Of a stretch of 64,000 nucleotides of DNA, positions 36,280 through 46,612 are shown piece by piece. Below the pieces are notes generated by a model, which worked only from the letters and a program-made list of their open reading frames with translations, did not search any database and was not told the DNA's origin. A program made the position numbers and the translations under genes. Position 1 is the first letter of the stretch, and each line of letters begins with the position of its first letter. Origin of the DNA: Bacteroidales bacterium (GTDB lineage Bacteria > Bacteroidota > Bacteroidia > Bacteroidales > JAIOZK01); contig JAIOZK010000004.1 of the NCBI GenBank assembly GCA_021740625.1, positions 100,316-164,315 on the forward strand, read 5' to 3'.

Positions 36280-37123
36280 ATTTATAGATATTTGTATTCG
36301 TCGAATGTATTGTCAGTACAGGGATAGGACTGTGATTAACCGTTTGCTGAGCATAGGGGCCCATCACCCAGTTCATGGGTGATTTTTCCTGCTCATCGGT
36401 AATGGAGATCAGGTTTGCATTTACTTTAACAGCATAATCAATCATAGCCCTGGAAACATTGTCTGCATCACTTTTTACCAGCTTGCATTTTACTTTATCT
36501 TCTTTCAAATGGCTGATGGCCTGTTTGGCATACTGGTCGATCTGGTATTGCACGGTTTTCACCGAGGTGGTATGCAAGGCCAGTACATGAACTTCGGCAT
36601 TGAAGCATTTGGCGAGTTGCACAGTAAAGGGTACTTTCTGACGTGTTTCCGGAGTACTGTCGATGGGTAGTACGATCAGCTTCAACTCACGTCCAATATC
36701 TACACCACCGCGGATGGTGATCACAGGAATGCTGGTTGAACTCACGATCTTCATCGCATTGCTGCCTACCCAGAACTCCTCAAACCCGGATGCTCCGTGC
36801 GTCCCGACTATGATCATGTCGGCACCCCATTCATTGGCTTCTGCCACAACCTCTTTGTAAACCTTCCCATCCCTGACTTTGGTCAGCAATTTGCCTCCGC
36901 CAAGGACAGATCGATATTTGTTCTTCAAATTGTTGAAGCGTTTATTTACTTCATACTGCAAATTTTCAGGTTTGCCTTCGTTGATCTCTTTGGCGCTTTC
37001 GGGTTTATTAACCCAAACCATCAAAATATCTGCCTTTGCTTTCTCTGCAATGGTAATTGCATGTTCCAGTGCATTTACAGAACAATCTGAAAAATCAATC
37101 GCAACTAAAATCTTCTTTATCAT
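36278..37123 (-). CDS. Tandem-domain universal stress protein
   Basis: 281 aa with two Usp domains (ILVAIDFSD, IIVGTHGASG). Confidence 0.85.
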   Translation of the reverse strand: MIKKILVAIDFSDCSVNALEHAITIAEKAKADILMVWVNKPESAKEINEGKPENLQYEVNKRFNNLKNKYRSVLGGGKLLTKVRDGKVYKEVVAEANEWGADMIIVGTHGASGFEEFWVGSNAMKIVSSTSIPVITIRGGVDIGRELKLIVLPIDSTPETRQKVPFTVQLAKCFNAEVHVLALHTTSVKTVQYQIDQYAKQAISHLKEDKVKCKLVKSDADNVSRAMIDYAVKVNANLISITDEQEKSPMNWVMGPYAQQTVNHSPIPVLTIHSTNTNIYK

Positions 37124-37144
37124 ATTTCTTTGTTTTTGTTTTAC

Positions 37145-37567
37145 TTATTCCGGGAAATTGATCTTGTCTTTGATGATCCAGGCATTTGGATACTTTCGCT
37201 TAATTTTATCCAGAAATCCAAGGGCTTCGATCTTTCTCCTGAAATCTCCAACACGTACCCTGTAAAAAGGTTCACCAAATGTCAGGTAGGCACCCGTGTC
37301 GGGATATTCCTCTGTGAATTCTTCAATTACTTCCATTGCCCTTGACTTGGAGTTGTTCCCTGAATCGAAAAAAATTTGTATACGGTAACCCGTAATTCCA
37401 TCATGATTTGGGTAAGCAGAATTTATTTTATTAATCTCAATATGTTTCTTTATCAGGGTATCGATCCTGCTGTCCTGATGAATTATAAGATTCCCGGATT
37501 CACCGTTTTGCGCATAAAGCGCAGTTGTAATCAGGCATGTGATTATGGTATTCAATACGACTCTCAT
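37145..37567 (-). CDS. SPOR domain protein
   Basis: 140 aa with a signal peptide and C-terminal GYRIQIF...YRVRVGDF, a SPOR peptidoglycan-binding pattern. Confidence 0.8.
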   Translation of the reverse strand: MRVVLNTIITCLITTALYAQNGESGNLIIHQDSRIDTLIKKHIEINKINSAYPNHDGITGYRIQIFFDSGNNSKSRAMEVIEEFTEEYPDTGAYLTFGEPFYRVRVGDFRRKIEALGFLDKIKRKYPNAWIIKDKINFPE

Positions 37568-37579
37568 CCAGATTCAGGT

Positions 37580-38425
37580 TTAGTTTTTATTACTAATGCT
37601 TTTGGGTCTCAGGCTTAAAATGGGAATATGCGAGTGACTGATCAACTGCTCAGCGTTGGGTCCCAGAAAAACATTGGCCTTTGTACCTTCCTGTTCTGTC
37701 ATAATGGTTATCAGTTCTGCTTTTTGATTTTTTGCATACTCCCTGATAAAGCGTGTGATATTATCTGGCTTTGTTCTTTCTTCTATAAATGAGACATTAT
37801 TTTCTTTCAAATAGTTGGCAGCATGTTCAAGATGGGTGTCAATTCTTTTCTGTACGGTTTTCAGGGAAGTTGAATACAAGCCCAGTAAATGAATGCTGGC
37901 ATCGAACATTTTTGCAAATTCAACCGTGAAGGGCAGTTTTTGCTTGGTCTCGATTGTGCTGTCGACAGGAAACACAATATTGCGAATCCCATTTTTAAAG
38001 TTGAAATCCTGCCGCAGGGTGATCACCGGGCAGGGGGCATAAGTCACGATACGGTATGCATTGCTTCCAATCCAGTATTCTTCGAAACCCGTAATCCCAT
38101 GGGTGCCGGCAATGATCAGATCTGCATTCTTCTGTGCGGCCAGTTTTGAAATTTCCAGGTGGACTTTCCCCTTTCTCAGGTAGTGTTGTAATTTCCCGTC
38201 TTTTAATTTCGGTGTGATTTTTTTGCTGAGCTTCTGGAAATTCTTCTTATGCTCCAGCCGGTCTTCATTGGTGAAATGCGAATACACGATTTCTTCTGTG
38301 CTGATGTTGTCAACCCAGATCATGTGAATATTCGCACCGGCTCTGTTGGCTACGTCGATGGCATAATTTAAAGCGTGGATGGAACCTTTTGAGAAATCTA
38401 TGGCTACTACGATATTCTTCATCAC
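37580..38425 (-). CDS. Tandem-domain universal stress protein (paralog of 36278-37123)
   Basis: 281 aa with IVVAIDFSKGS and LIIAGTHGITG. Confidence 0.85.
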   Translation of the reverse strand: MMKNIVVAIDFSKGSIHALNYAIDVANRAGANIHMIWVDNISTEEIVYSHFTNEDRLEHKKNFQKLSKKITPKLKDGKLQHYLRKGKVHLEISKLAAQKNADLIIAGTHGITGFEEYWIGSNAYRIVTYAPCPVITLRQDFNFKNGIRNIVFPVDSTIETKQKLPFTVEFAKMFDASIHLLGLYSTSLKTVQKRIDTHLEHAANYLKENNVSFIEERTKPDNITRFIREYAKNQKAELITIMTEQEGTKANVFLGPNAEQLISHSHIPILSLRPKSISNKN

Positions 38426-38558
38426 TTGTGCATTTAGGTTCGGCCTTACCTGGATTCAGGTCTTGCTGAATGCCAAGTTTTACATAAAGTTAATACAAAA
38501 TTCGGAATTCTTTGCCTCATTAATTTCATTTCAAACGAAAAGATTATGCGTGAATTGT

Positions 38559-38566
38559 TACTTTTG
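38559..38566 (+). promoter_or_regulatory. -7 box (TACTTTTG) upstream of ruvB
   Basis: TAnnTTTG match 23 nt upstream of the ATG at 38589. Confidence 0.4.
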
Positions 38567-38588
38567 TTAAAATATACAGCTTGTTAGC

Positions 38589-39614
38589 ATGAATGAGAAT
38601 CTTGATCCAAGCGGCGAAAGTTTATCCCAGGCAGAAAAGGAAATTGAAAAAGTTCTGCGGCCCAGTCACTTTGGCGAATTTTCCGGTCAGCCCAAGGTGC
38701 TCGAAAATCTGAAGATCTTTGTTGAGGCTGCCAAACAAAGGGAAGAAGCACTGGATCATGTCCTACTGCATGGGCCTCCCGGTTTGGGTAAAACCACACT
38801 GTCCTATATCATAGCCAATGAAATGAATGTCGGTATCAAGGTGACTTCGGGACCCGTGCTGGATAAGCCGGGAGATCTTGCTGGTTTGCTTACCAACCTC
38901 GAAAGAAATGATGTACTGTTTATTGATGAAATTCACAGGTTGAGTCCGGTAATAGAAGAGTACCTGTATTCGGCCATGGAGGACTACCGCATTGATATCA
39001 TGATTGAAACCGGGCCCAATGCCAGGAGCATACAGATCAACCTGGAACCTTTTACATTGATCGGTGCCACCACCCGCTCGGGATTGCTTACTTCTCCTTT
39101 GCGGTCCAGGTTTGGAATAAATTCAAGGTTGTCATATTACGATGCCGATACCCTGAAAATGATCCTGAAAAGATCATCCGGGATACTCAATGTTGAGATC
39201 ATGGAAGATGCCGCCACTGAACTTGCCCGCAGGAGTCGTGGTACTCCCAGGATTGCAAACCTGCTGCTGCGCCGGGTACGCGACTTTGCGCAGATCAAAG
39301 GTAGTGGTAAGATCGACATCGACATCTCGAGGGTGGCCCTCAAAGCTTTGAATGTTGACCAGAACGGCCTGGATGAAATGGATAACCGCATCCTCCAGAC
39401 CATCATCCAGAAATTCAAAGGTGGACCGGTAGGGATTAATACCATCGCAACTGCCGTGGGAGAAGAGCCTGGCACCATTGAAGAAGTTTATGAACCCTTT
39501 CTGATACAGGAAGGCTACCTGATGCGCACGCCCAGGGGTCGCGAAATCACACAGCTTGCCTACAGACACCTCGGAATGAAACGCCCGGAAGACCAGGGAT
39601 CTCTTTTTGATTGA
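38589..39614 (+). CDS. ruvB: Holliday junction DNA helicase RuvB
   Basis: 341 aa with Walker [10 protein letters not shown] and Walker B LFIDEIHR. Confidence 0.97.
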   Translation: MNENLDPSGESLSQAEKEIEKVLRPSHFGEFSGQPKVLENLKIFVEAAKQREEALDHVLLHGPPGLGKTTLSYIIANEMNVGIKVTSGPVLDKPGDLAGLLTNLERNDVLFIDEIHRLSPVIEEYLYSAMEDYRIDIMIETGPNARSIQINLEPFTLIGATTRSGLLTSPLRSRFGINSRLSYYDADTLKMILKRSSGILNVEIMEDAATELARRSRGTPRIANLLLRRVRDFAQIKGSGKIDIDISRVALKALNVDQNGLDEMDNRILQTIIQKFKGGPVGINTIATAVGEEPGTIEEVYEPFLIQEGYLMRTPRGREITQLAYRHLGMKRPEDQGSLFD

Positions 39615-40567
39615 TCATGCATTTGCAAGAGAAACATCCAAAAGCGACATTATCGGACTTCATTAAAAACTGGTCAGAAGAAAATGGATTCCTTGCCTGT
39701 GGTATTGCCCGGGTTCATCAACCTGATGTTGAAACAGAAAGGCTCAAAGCATGGTTGAAAGAGGGGAAACATGCCGATATGGAATACATGGAAAGAAACC
39801 TGGAAAAGCGTTGTAACCCAAAGAAGTTGGTAAAAAATGCACGATCGGTCATTTCTTTGCTGTATAATTATTATCCTGTAAAACAACTGCCCAAAGATCA
39901 GCATTATAAAATATCCAAATATGCCTATGGTCGTGATTACCACAAGGTGATCAAAAAGAAACTAAAACCCCTGTTGCAAAAATTGAGAGAAGAGTCCGGT
40001 ACTCAGCACAGCAGGGCTTTTGTTGATTCTGCTCCGGTCATGGATAAGGTATGGGCCATGAAAAGCGGACTGGGATGGATCGGGAAAAATACCATGCTGC
40101 TCAACCGCAAATTTGGTTCTTTCTTTTTTGTTGGGGAAGTGATCACCGATCTGGAACTGGAATATGATGATGCCGAACACAAAGACCTTTGCGGAAGTTG
40201 CAGCAGATGCATGAGGGCCTGTCCGACGGGAGCACTTAGCAAAGCATACGTGATCGATGCCCGCAAATGCATTTCTTACCATACCATCGAAAATAAAAGC
40301 AGTGATCTCCCCGATGCATTGAGATCAAAATTTGAAAACTGGATCTTCGGTTGTGACATTTGCCAGGATGTTTGCCCGTGGAATCGCATTGCGAAACCGC
40401 ACCAGGAAAAGGATTTTACCCCCTCGGAAACCCTGGTGAAAATGAACAAAGCCGACTGGGAAAATCTTAAACAGGATGATTTTGAAATGCTCTTTGAGGG
40501 ATCGGCCGTGAAAAGGGCAAAATATAGCGGTCTGAAACGAAACATTCATTTTGTGCAAAAACACTAA
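39611..40567 (+). CDS. queG: Epoxyqueuosine reductase
   Basis: 318 aa with 4Fe-4S motifs [12 protein letters not shown] and [11 protein letters not shown]. Confidence 0.9.
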   Translation: MIMHLQEKHPKATLSDFIKNWSEENGFLACGIARVHQPDVETERLKAWLKEGKHADMEYMERNLEKRCNPKKLVKNARSVISLLYNYYPVKQLPKDQHYKISKYAYGRDYHKVIKKKLKPLLQKLREESGTQHSRAFVDSAPVMDKVWAMKSGLGWIGKNTMLLNRKFGSFFFVGEVITDLELEYDDAEHKDLCGSCSRCMRACPTGALSKAYVIDARKCISYHTIENKSSDLPDALRSKFENWIFGCDICQDVCPWNRIAKPHQEKDFTPSETLVKMNKADWENLKQDDFEMLFEGSAVKRAKYSGLKRNIHFVQKH

Positions 40568-40640
40568 CATTTGATTTTCCATATTGAAAAGATATGGCAG
40601 AATCACCATCGGAAAAATTCAAATGGAAATAAGGAATTGA

Positions 40641-41252
40641 TCACAGGGTAACCTGTAAGCCTATGCTCAACAAGTCGCTGTACTGCCCCTCATCAAACAA
40701 ACGGTGAGGCAGATCAATATTGTTGGTATGCGGCCGTATCGGAAGGATGGAATTGTTGGTGCGTATGTTTACACGCCAGGTTTCGTTGAAATGGTAATAC
40801 AAACCCACTATTCCACTGAGGGTAAAACGGTTAAAATCTTCATCCCTGACCTGGGGTATATAATCATATTCTTCTTTCTTGGCAATAAAGACGCCCAGTG
40901 CCAGTCCGGCTTCCACGGAGAAGCGGTCATTAATGATGTATTCGTATAGCAGTGGCATTTCAGCATAATGGATGTTCAATTTGTAGGTAACAATCTCATT
41001 CTCATCAGGGATTTCGCGACTGCCCTTTTGAATATAATCAAGTTCCAGTTTTGCCACGGAATGCTTACTGAACTGGTAAGCTACATAGGCACCTGCATAC
41101 AGCCCGGCTTTGTTATAACCGGAAAAATTGTCGCCCTGAACCTGGCTGGCACAAATCCCGAGGTGAACTCCACCTTCAAATTCCTGGGCACTGGCAAACA
41201 ATGTAAAGAAGATGAGTGTAAAGCTGAGCAGATGTTTCTTTATCATAATCAT
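40641..41252 (-). CDS. Small outer-membrane beta-barrel (porin-family) protein
   Basis: 203 aa with a signal peptide and alternating beta-strand pattern. Confidence 0.7.
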   Translation of the reverse strand: MIMIKKHLLSFTLIFFTLFASAQEFEGGVHLGICASQVQGDNFSGYNKAGLYAGAYVAYQFSKHSVAKLELDYIQKGSREIPDENEIVTYKLNIHYAEMPLLYEYIINDRFSVEAGLALGVFIAKKEEYDYIPQVRDEDFNRFTLSGIVGLYYHFNETWRVNIRTNNSILPIRPHTNNIDLPHRLFDEGQYSDLLSIGLQVTL

Positions 41253-41455
41253 TTCTTTTAATCAATCACAAATAACGGGATTATATCCTTAAACCAATGG
41301 TAAAATTAAATATTTTGTGGAAACAGAGCTTGCTGAATCACGAGCATGGAGATAGCTCTTGCTGACCCATGTTTAGGTTAATCTGTAAAAGTCCGAATAC
41401 CAATAACATATAATAAAAAGTTGTATGTAAGAGCGTATTTTTGGCCAATTATGCA

Positions 41456-41463
41456 TAAATTTG
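41456..41463 (+). promoter_or_regulatory. -7 box (TAAATTTG) upstream of the two-component operon
   Basis: TAnnTTTG match 42 nt upstream of the ATG at 41505. Confidence 0.45.
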
Positions 41464-41504
41464 GGCTTCATTAGGACTTGTAATCATTTTTTAAATATTT
41501 AAGA

Positions 41505-42191
41505 ATGAGTAACGAAAAGTATAAGATCCTTCTAGTTGATGATGAGAAAGATGTTCTTGAGTTCTTGAGTTATAATATTAAAAGAGAGGGATACAAGGTG
41601 TTTACCGCATCCAACGGAAAGGATGCTATTGAAAGTGCGAAGAAAATTCAGCCTCACCTGATCATCCTGGATGTGATGATGCCCGGCATCGATGGAATTG
41701 AAACATGCAATGAAATTAAGGAGCTTCCCGAAATGCAAAAAACCATTATTGTTTTTCTGACGGCCCGCGGGGAAGATTACTCTCAAATTGCCGGTTTCGA
41801 GGCAGGTGCGGATGATTATATCACCAAACCAATCAAGCCCAAAGTGCTGATAAGCAGGATCAAGGCTTTGTTGAGAAGATACAAGGAAAGTGATCAGGAA
41901 CAGGAAGGACAGGTGGCATTGAAGGATTTTACCATCGACAAGGAAAAATACCTCATCATGAAAGACGACAAAGAAATCAGCCTGCCCAAAAAGGAATTTG
42001 AACTTTTGTTGCTGCTGACATCAAAACCCAACAAAGTTTTTTCAAGAGAGGAAATCTTTGCCAAAGTATGGGGAACAAATGTTATTGTGGGTGATCGTAC
42101 GATTGATGTGCATGTGCGAAAAATCAGGGAGAAAATTGGTCTTCAAAATATCAAGACCGTAAAGGGCGTTGGTTATAAATACGAATCCTAA
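41505..42191 (+). CDS. OmpR/PhoB-family response regulator
   Basis: 228 aa with a receiver domain (LILDVMMPGIDG) and a winged-helix C-terminus (TIDVHVRKIREK...GVGYKY). Confidence 0.9.
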   Translation: MSNEKYKILLVDDEKDVLEFLSYNIKREGYKVFTASNGKDAIESAKKIQPHLIILDVMMPGIDGIETCNEIKELPEMQKTIIVFLTARGEDYSQIAGFEAGADDYITKPIKPKVLISRIKALLRRYKESDQEQEGQVALKDFTIDKEKYLIMKDDKEISLPKKEFELLLLLTSKPNKVFSREEIFAKVWGTNVIVGDRTIDVHVRKIREKIGLQNIKTVKGVGYKYES

Positions 42192-42194
42192 GCC

Positions 42195-43250
42195 TTGGCA
42201 CTGAATCTGCGCAATACCGATCCCAAAAACCTGGCGCTCACGAATGCATTGTTTGTGACCCTTTTCTTCTCCATAGTTTATGTGATATTCAGTTATATTT
42301 TCTTTTCTTTCAAACTCCTGCCGCTTATACTGATCGATATACTGCTATATACTTTCAGTTACTTTGTTTACCGCTATACGCTCGAAAATTTTATTTACGA
42401 CAAGATCAAACTTATTTATAAAACTATTCATAAACTTAAAATGCCCCAGGGGGCCGGTAAACATCTTGAAATTAAAGCGGATACGCTGGACAAGGTCAAC
42501 CTGGAAGTACAGAAATGGGGTGAGGTTCAGCAGAAGGAAATACAACATCTCAAGGAAATGGCAAGATACCGCAGGGAATTCCTGGGAAATATTTCACATG
42601 AACTTAAAACCCCGATCTTTAATATCCAGGGCTATGTTTTAACCTTGCTGGATGGCGGCCTGGAAGATCCCAATATTAACAAGAAATACCTGTTGAAAAC
42701 AGAAAAAAGCATCAACAGGATGATTGCCATTGTTGAAGATTTGGAGGAGATCTCGCAGCTTGAATCCGGTGAATTGCAACTGAATTATTCCCGTTTTGAT
42801 CTTGTTCAACTGTGTGGAGAAATTGTGGAGTTTCTTGAAATCAAAGCTAAAAAGAAAAGCAACAGGGTGTATTTTGCGCAAAATTATGAAAAGCCCATCT
42901 GGGTGATGGCTGATAAGAAAAGGATTCGTCAGGTGATGATCAACCTGATCGATAATGCCATCAAGTATGGTAAGGATGATGACGGCAAAACAAAAGTCAG
43001 CTTTTTTGACATGGATGAGAATATCCTGGTTGAGGTAACCGATGACGGCATCGGGATCCCTTCTGAAAGTATTCCGAGGCTTTTTGAGAGGTTTTATCGT
43101 ACAGACAAGGGTCGTTCGCGGGAGCAGGGCGGAACTGGACTTGGCCTTGCCATTGTGAAGCATATCATTGAGGCACACAAACAAACCATCAACGTGAGAA
43201 GCACTGTTGGCGTGGGTACCACCTTTGCATTTACCCTGAAAAAAGCATGA
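42195..43250 (+). CDS. Sensor histidine kinase (PhoR-like)
   Basis: 351 aa from a TTG start, with two N-terminal TM segments, H-box SHELKTP and G-box GTGLGLAIVKH. Confidence 0.9.
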   Translation: MALNLRNTDPKNLALTNALFVTLFFSIVYVIFSYIFFSFKLLPLILIDILLYTFSYFVYRYTLENFIYDKIKLIYKTIHKLKMPQGAGKHLEIKADTLDKVNLEVQKWGEVQQKEIQHLKEMARYRREFLGNISHELKTPIFNIQGYVLTLLDGGLEDPNINKKYLLKTEKSINRMIAIVEDLEEISQLESGELQLNYSRFDLVQLCGEIVEFLEIKAKKKSNRVYFAQNYEKPIWVMADKKRIRQVMINLIDNAIKYGKDDDGKTKVSFFDMDENILVEVTDDGIGIPSESIPRLFERFYRTDKGRSREQGGTGLGLAIVKHIIEAHKQTINVRSTVGVGTTFAFTLKKA

Positions 43251-44225
43251 TTATTTTTTTCGCTCCGTAGTAAATATCACCAGTTTTTCGAGGCTTGCCC
43301 TGGCAGGTGATTCAGGAAATTCATTCAGCAATTCTATGGCCCGCTTTCGATAAGCGATCATTTTTTCCTTGGCATATTCTATGCCTCCGCTTTTGTTAAC
43401 TTTGTTGATCACCTCGCTTACTTTGTCAGGTTCATCGTTGTGGTTTTTGATGATGTTGATGATCCTTCTCTTTTCAAGGGTACCCGCGTGATCCAGCATA
43501 TGGATCAGGGGCAGGGTCATTTTTTGTTCCTTGATGTCGATGCCATTGGGCTTGCCGGTAGTATTATGCTTTTCATAATCGAAAAGGTCATCCTTGATCT
43601 GGAAAGCAATGCCAACATTTTCACCAAATTTCTTCAATCGCTCATTCATTTCCCGGGATGAACCAGCCGAAACGGCCCCACACGTGCAGCAGGCAGAGAT
43701 CAGGCTGGCAGTCTTCTTTTTGATAATATCGAAATAAATACGTTCTTCGATGTCGAGACGTCTTGCTTTTTCAATCTGAAGCAATTCACCTTCACTCATT
43801 TCCCGGACCGCTTCCGAAACAATCTTTAAAAGCTCAAAATCATCATTATCAAGTGAAAGCAATAAACCCCGCGAAAGCAGGTAGTCCCCAACCAGAACAG
43901 CTATTTTGTTTTTCCAGAGTGCGTTCAGTGAAAAAAAACCTCTTCTTTCGTTTGAATCATCAACCACATCATCATGAACCAGTGTTGCAGTGTGCAACAA
44001 TTCTATCAGTGATGCAGCCCGGTATGATTTCTCATTCACATTTCCACAAAGTTTGGCAGAAAGAAAAACAAGCATGGGCCTGATCTGTTTTCCCTTTCGT
44101 TTTAGAATATATCGGGTAATCTTATCCAATAAAGGGACATTGCTTTGCATGGACGACCTGAACTGCTTTTCAAAAGCTTTCAGGTGTTCTTTTACCGGTT
44201 CTTTTATCAGTTCAAGGGTGTTCAT
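43251..44225 (-). CDS. ispB: Polyprenyl diphosphate synthase (octaprenyl/solanesyl type)
   Basis: 324 aa with DDxxD motifs (LVHDDVVDDS, FQIKDDLFDY). Confidence 0.9.
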   Translation of the reverse strand: MNTLELIKEPVKEHLKAFEKQFRSSMQSNVPLLDKITRYILKRKGKQIRPMLVFLSAKLCGNVNEKSYRAASLIELLHTATLVHDDVVDDSNERRGFFSLNALWKNKIAVLVGDYLLSRGLLLSLDNDDFELLKIVSEAVREMSEGELLQIEKARRLDIEERIYFDIIKKKTASLISACCTCGAVSAGSSREMNERLKKFGENVGIAFQIKDDLFDYEKHNTTGKPNGIDIKEQKMTLPLIHMLDHAGTLEKRRIINIIKNHNDEPDKVSEVINKVNKSGGIEYAKEKMIAYRKRAIELLNEFPESPARASLEKLVIFTTERKK

Positions 44226-44604
44226 TTTGCGGTTTCAAAAGTACGATTTATTCCGTAAAGTCTAAAAATAAAAGCTTTATATACATTCAGGTATGGATGC
44301 AATCCGTAGAGGATTGGATATTCTTCTTATTTTTGGCATGTAAAACGAAATTAATGGGTGGTTCCTGTTTTATGAAATTATTTTCGGTCCGGTTCAAAGT
44401 AGGCATCTTGCCAACTCATTGGGGATTATTCCCTTGCCGAAAAGCAACAAATTGTACACATTCGATTTCATTTACAGCGAATGTTGATGGACTGAGGATC
44501 GCAGGATCAGCAAAAGTGAATCATCTGGGCATCGCAAACAGGGTTCATGAATAAGCAGGAACAGTTCTTGCGGGACAGGTCATAAATACAAAAAGAAAAA
44601 CATT

Positions 44605-44841
44605 ATGTGGAAAGAAGAGCACGATACATTGACACGCGAGTTTAAATTTGATAACTTTATAGAAGCTTTTTCATTCATGACAAAAGTGGCCATGGTTGCC
44701 GAAAAAATGGGTCATCATCCCGACTGGCAAAATGTGTACAATACAGTTACGATTAATTTATCGACCCATGATGCCGGGGATGTGATTACTGATAAGGACC
44801 GTGAACTTGCAAAAAAGATTGACGAAATCCATAAAGGATGA
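44605..44841 (+). CDS. phhB: 4a-hydroxytetrahydrobiopterin dehydratase (pterin-4-alpha-carbinolamine dehydratase)
   Basis: 78 aa with the HHPDW motif and typical PCD length. Confidence 0.85.
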   Translation: MWKEEHDTLTREFKFDNFIEAFSFMTKVAMVAEKMGHHPDWQNVYNTVTINLSTHDAGDVITDKDRELAKKIDEIHKG

Positions 44842-45236
44842 TAAATTATGATGTAAGGGTGTTGATTGCTTTTGGGGAGGCTGTGAAGGGAAATGAAAAG
44901 ATGATCAAATATTTCCTGGAAGACGGTTTTCCTGAACTGGCTGCTTTGGCTCATGCGATCAGGGGTAGCGAGGAAGCATTCAAATGGTTGCTGAAAAACG
45001 GATACCCGCATCTGGCTGCCCTGGATTCAGCCATCGACAATAAAGCCACAGCCATGGCCTGGCTGCTGAAAAATGATTACAAAGTTATGGCTGTCTTTGC
45101 CGAAGCCTGCAACAAAAAGCCACAGGCTTTGCAGTGGCTGGCCAAAAAAAGGCTTGATGTTTTCATCCACCTTGCACAGATCATTCATGATCTGCGGGAG
45201 AACAAGACCTTTGATTATCATAAGATCCATTTTTAG
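44838..45236 (+). CDS. Hypothetical helical-repeat protein (about five 25-aa repeats)
   Basis: 132 aa. Its start overlaps the phhB stop (ATGA). Repeats: FPELAALAHAIRGSEEAFKWLLKNG / YPHLAALDSAIDNKATAMAWLLKND / YKVMAVFAEACNKKPQALQWLAKKR. Confidence 0.6.
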   Translation: MINYDVRVLIAFGEAVKGNEKMIKYFLEDGFPELAALAHAIRGSEEAFKWLLKNGYPHLAALDSAIDNKATAMAWLLKNDYKVMAVFAEACNKKPQALQWLAKKRLDVFIHLAQIIHDLRENKTFDYHKIHF

Positions 45237-45249
45237 GGAAAGTAGGTTT

Positions 45250-45818
45250 GGGGCTGAAGCCCCCGCGGTTTAGCGGGTGGAAGACCATTAACTCCCACGC
45301 TGAAGTGTGGGGAAAGTATTCGGTCATCATTCAAAGAAAGATTTTTATAATGGGGCTGAAGCCCCCGCGGTACAGTGGGTGGAAGATCATTAACCCCCAC
45401 GCTGAAGCGTGGGGAAAGTATTCGGTCATCATTCAAAGAAAGATTTAATAATGGGGCTGAAGCCCCCGCGGTACAGTGGGTGAAAGATCATTAACCCCCA
45501 CGCTGAAGCGTGGGGAAAGTATTCGGTCATCATTCAAAGAAAGATTTAATAATGGGGCTGAAGCCCCCGCGGTACAGTGGGTGAAAGATCATTAACTCCC
45601 ACGCTGAAGTGTGGGGAAAGTATTCGGTCATCATTCAAAGAAAGATTTAATAATGGGGCTGAAGCCCCCGCGGTTTAGTGGGTGAAAGATCATTAACCCC
45701 CACGCTGAAGTGTGGGGAAAGTATTCGGTCATCATTCAAAGAAAGATTTTTATGATGGGGCTGAAGCCCCCGCGGTACAGTGGGTGAAAGATCATTAACC
45801 CCCACGCTGAAGCGTGGG
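45250..45818 (+). repeat. Tandem array of six REP-type units (period 101-102 bp), each with two hairpins
   Basis: Units start at 45250, 45352, 45453, 45554, 45655 and 45757. Each holds GGGGC-TGAA-GCCCC and CCCCACGC-TGAA-GCGTGGGG hairpins. Confidence 0.9.
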
Positions 45819-46125
45819 AAAAGTGACTGGTTATGACATTTTTGAAAGTATTGAAATATTGGTAATGATGAGTTTTGCTAAAAAAGAAATGCTACCACCA
45901 AAACCATACGATGAAGCATGAGTAATTGATCGGACCCAACAGCTATGAAAAATTGTGGATTGTGTATGTCTGGAACCCTGCTAAAACGGGAGGGATCACA
46001 CCACCGCCATCAAGAAAAATGGTTAATGCAAGATTTGCCAATGCCTGAAAACTCCATTACTTTCCCCACGCTTCAGCGTGGGGGCAATTGGGGCACATAA
46101 TATTGCAAACAGGGGCTTTAGCCCC
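45819..46125 (+). repeat. Terminal module T, ending in an inverted-orientation REP hairpin (46064-46083) and the GGGGCTTTAGCCCC hairpin (46112-46125)
   Basis: Homologous to 47600-47904 and nearly identical over the last 145 bp or so. Confidence 0.85.
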
Positions 46126-46552
46126 TTATCAATCTAAATCCATATTTTTCCATAAATTCATCCACCTCTTCATTAAAACTTTTTCTCCTGTGATGCTCAG
46201 GCTGGTTTGCAATATATTTACGAACTGGCCCAACCATTGATTGACCTATAGAAACAGCATAATACTCCTTCTGCCACTGAAACTTGTTATTCAAAAGTTT
46301 TTGATTATTGATCCATCTTGAAGACTCCCCCTTTATATTTTGCATTACCCAGGCAATGCTTTGAGTAGCATTTAAGGATATCAAGCCATGCATATGTTGT
46401 TTGTGACCGTGAATTGAATCAAGGTAGATCTTATTTCTTGCTGTATTTTCCTTAATATGTGTGTTAAGCAGTGATATAATTTCATTGCTTAGCACAGGTG
46501 CTCTTTTTTTTGTGACCCATACAAAGTGAATCCAGATTTTAATATAGCCCAT
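46118..46552 (-). CDS. IS200/IS605-family Y1 (HUH) transposase-like protein, REP-associated (RAYT-type)
   Basis: 144 aa with IHFVWVTKKRAPVL, an HUH motif (HKQHMHGL), the catalytic Tyr region (KEYYAVSIG) and YIANQPEHH. REP hairpins of opposite orientation flank it. Confidence 0.85.
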   Translation of the reverse strand: MGYIKIWIHFVWVTKKRAPVLSNEIISLLNTHIKENTARNKIYLDSIHGHKQHMHGLISLNATQSIAWVMQNIKGESSRWINNQKLLNNKFQWQKEYYAVSIGQSMVGPVRKYIANQPEHHRRKSFNEEVDEFMEKYGFRLIRG

Positions 46553-46612
46553 CCTTTTTAATGATTAATACCTTTTGAGAGAGAAAAGTCACGGAATATT
46601 CGAAAAAAATTT

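Noticed and set aside
44297-44554. 85-aa ORF in the 380-bp gap between ispB and phhB, and the possibility of an ncRNA there
   Set aside because: The peptide is Cys/Phe-rich and atypical and has no recognisable start context. I could not identify any known riboswitch or sRNA signature by eye. Left unannotated rather than guessed.
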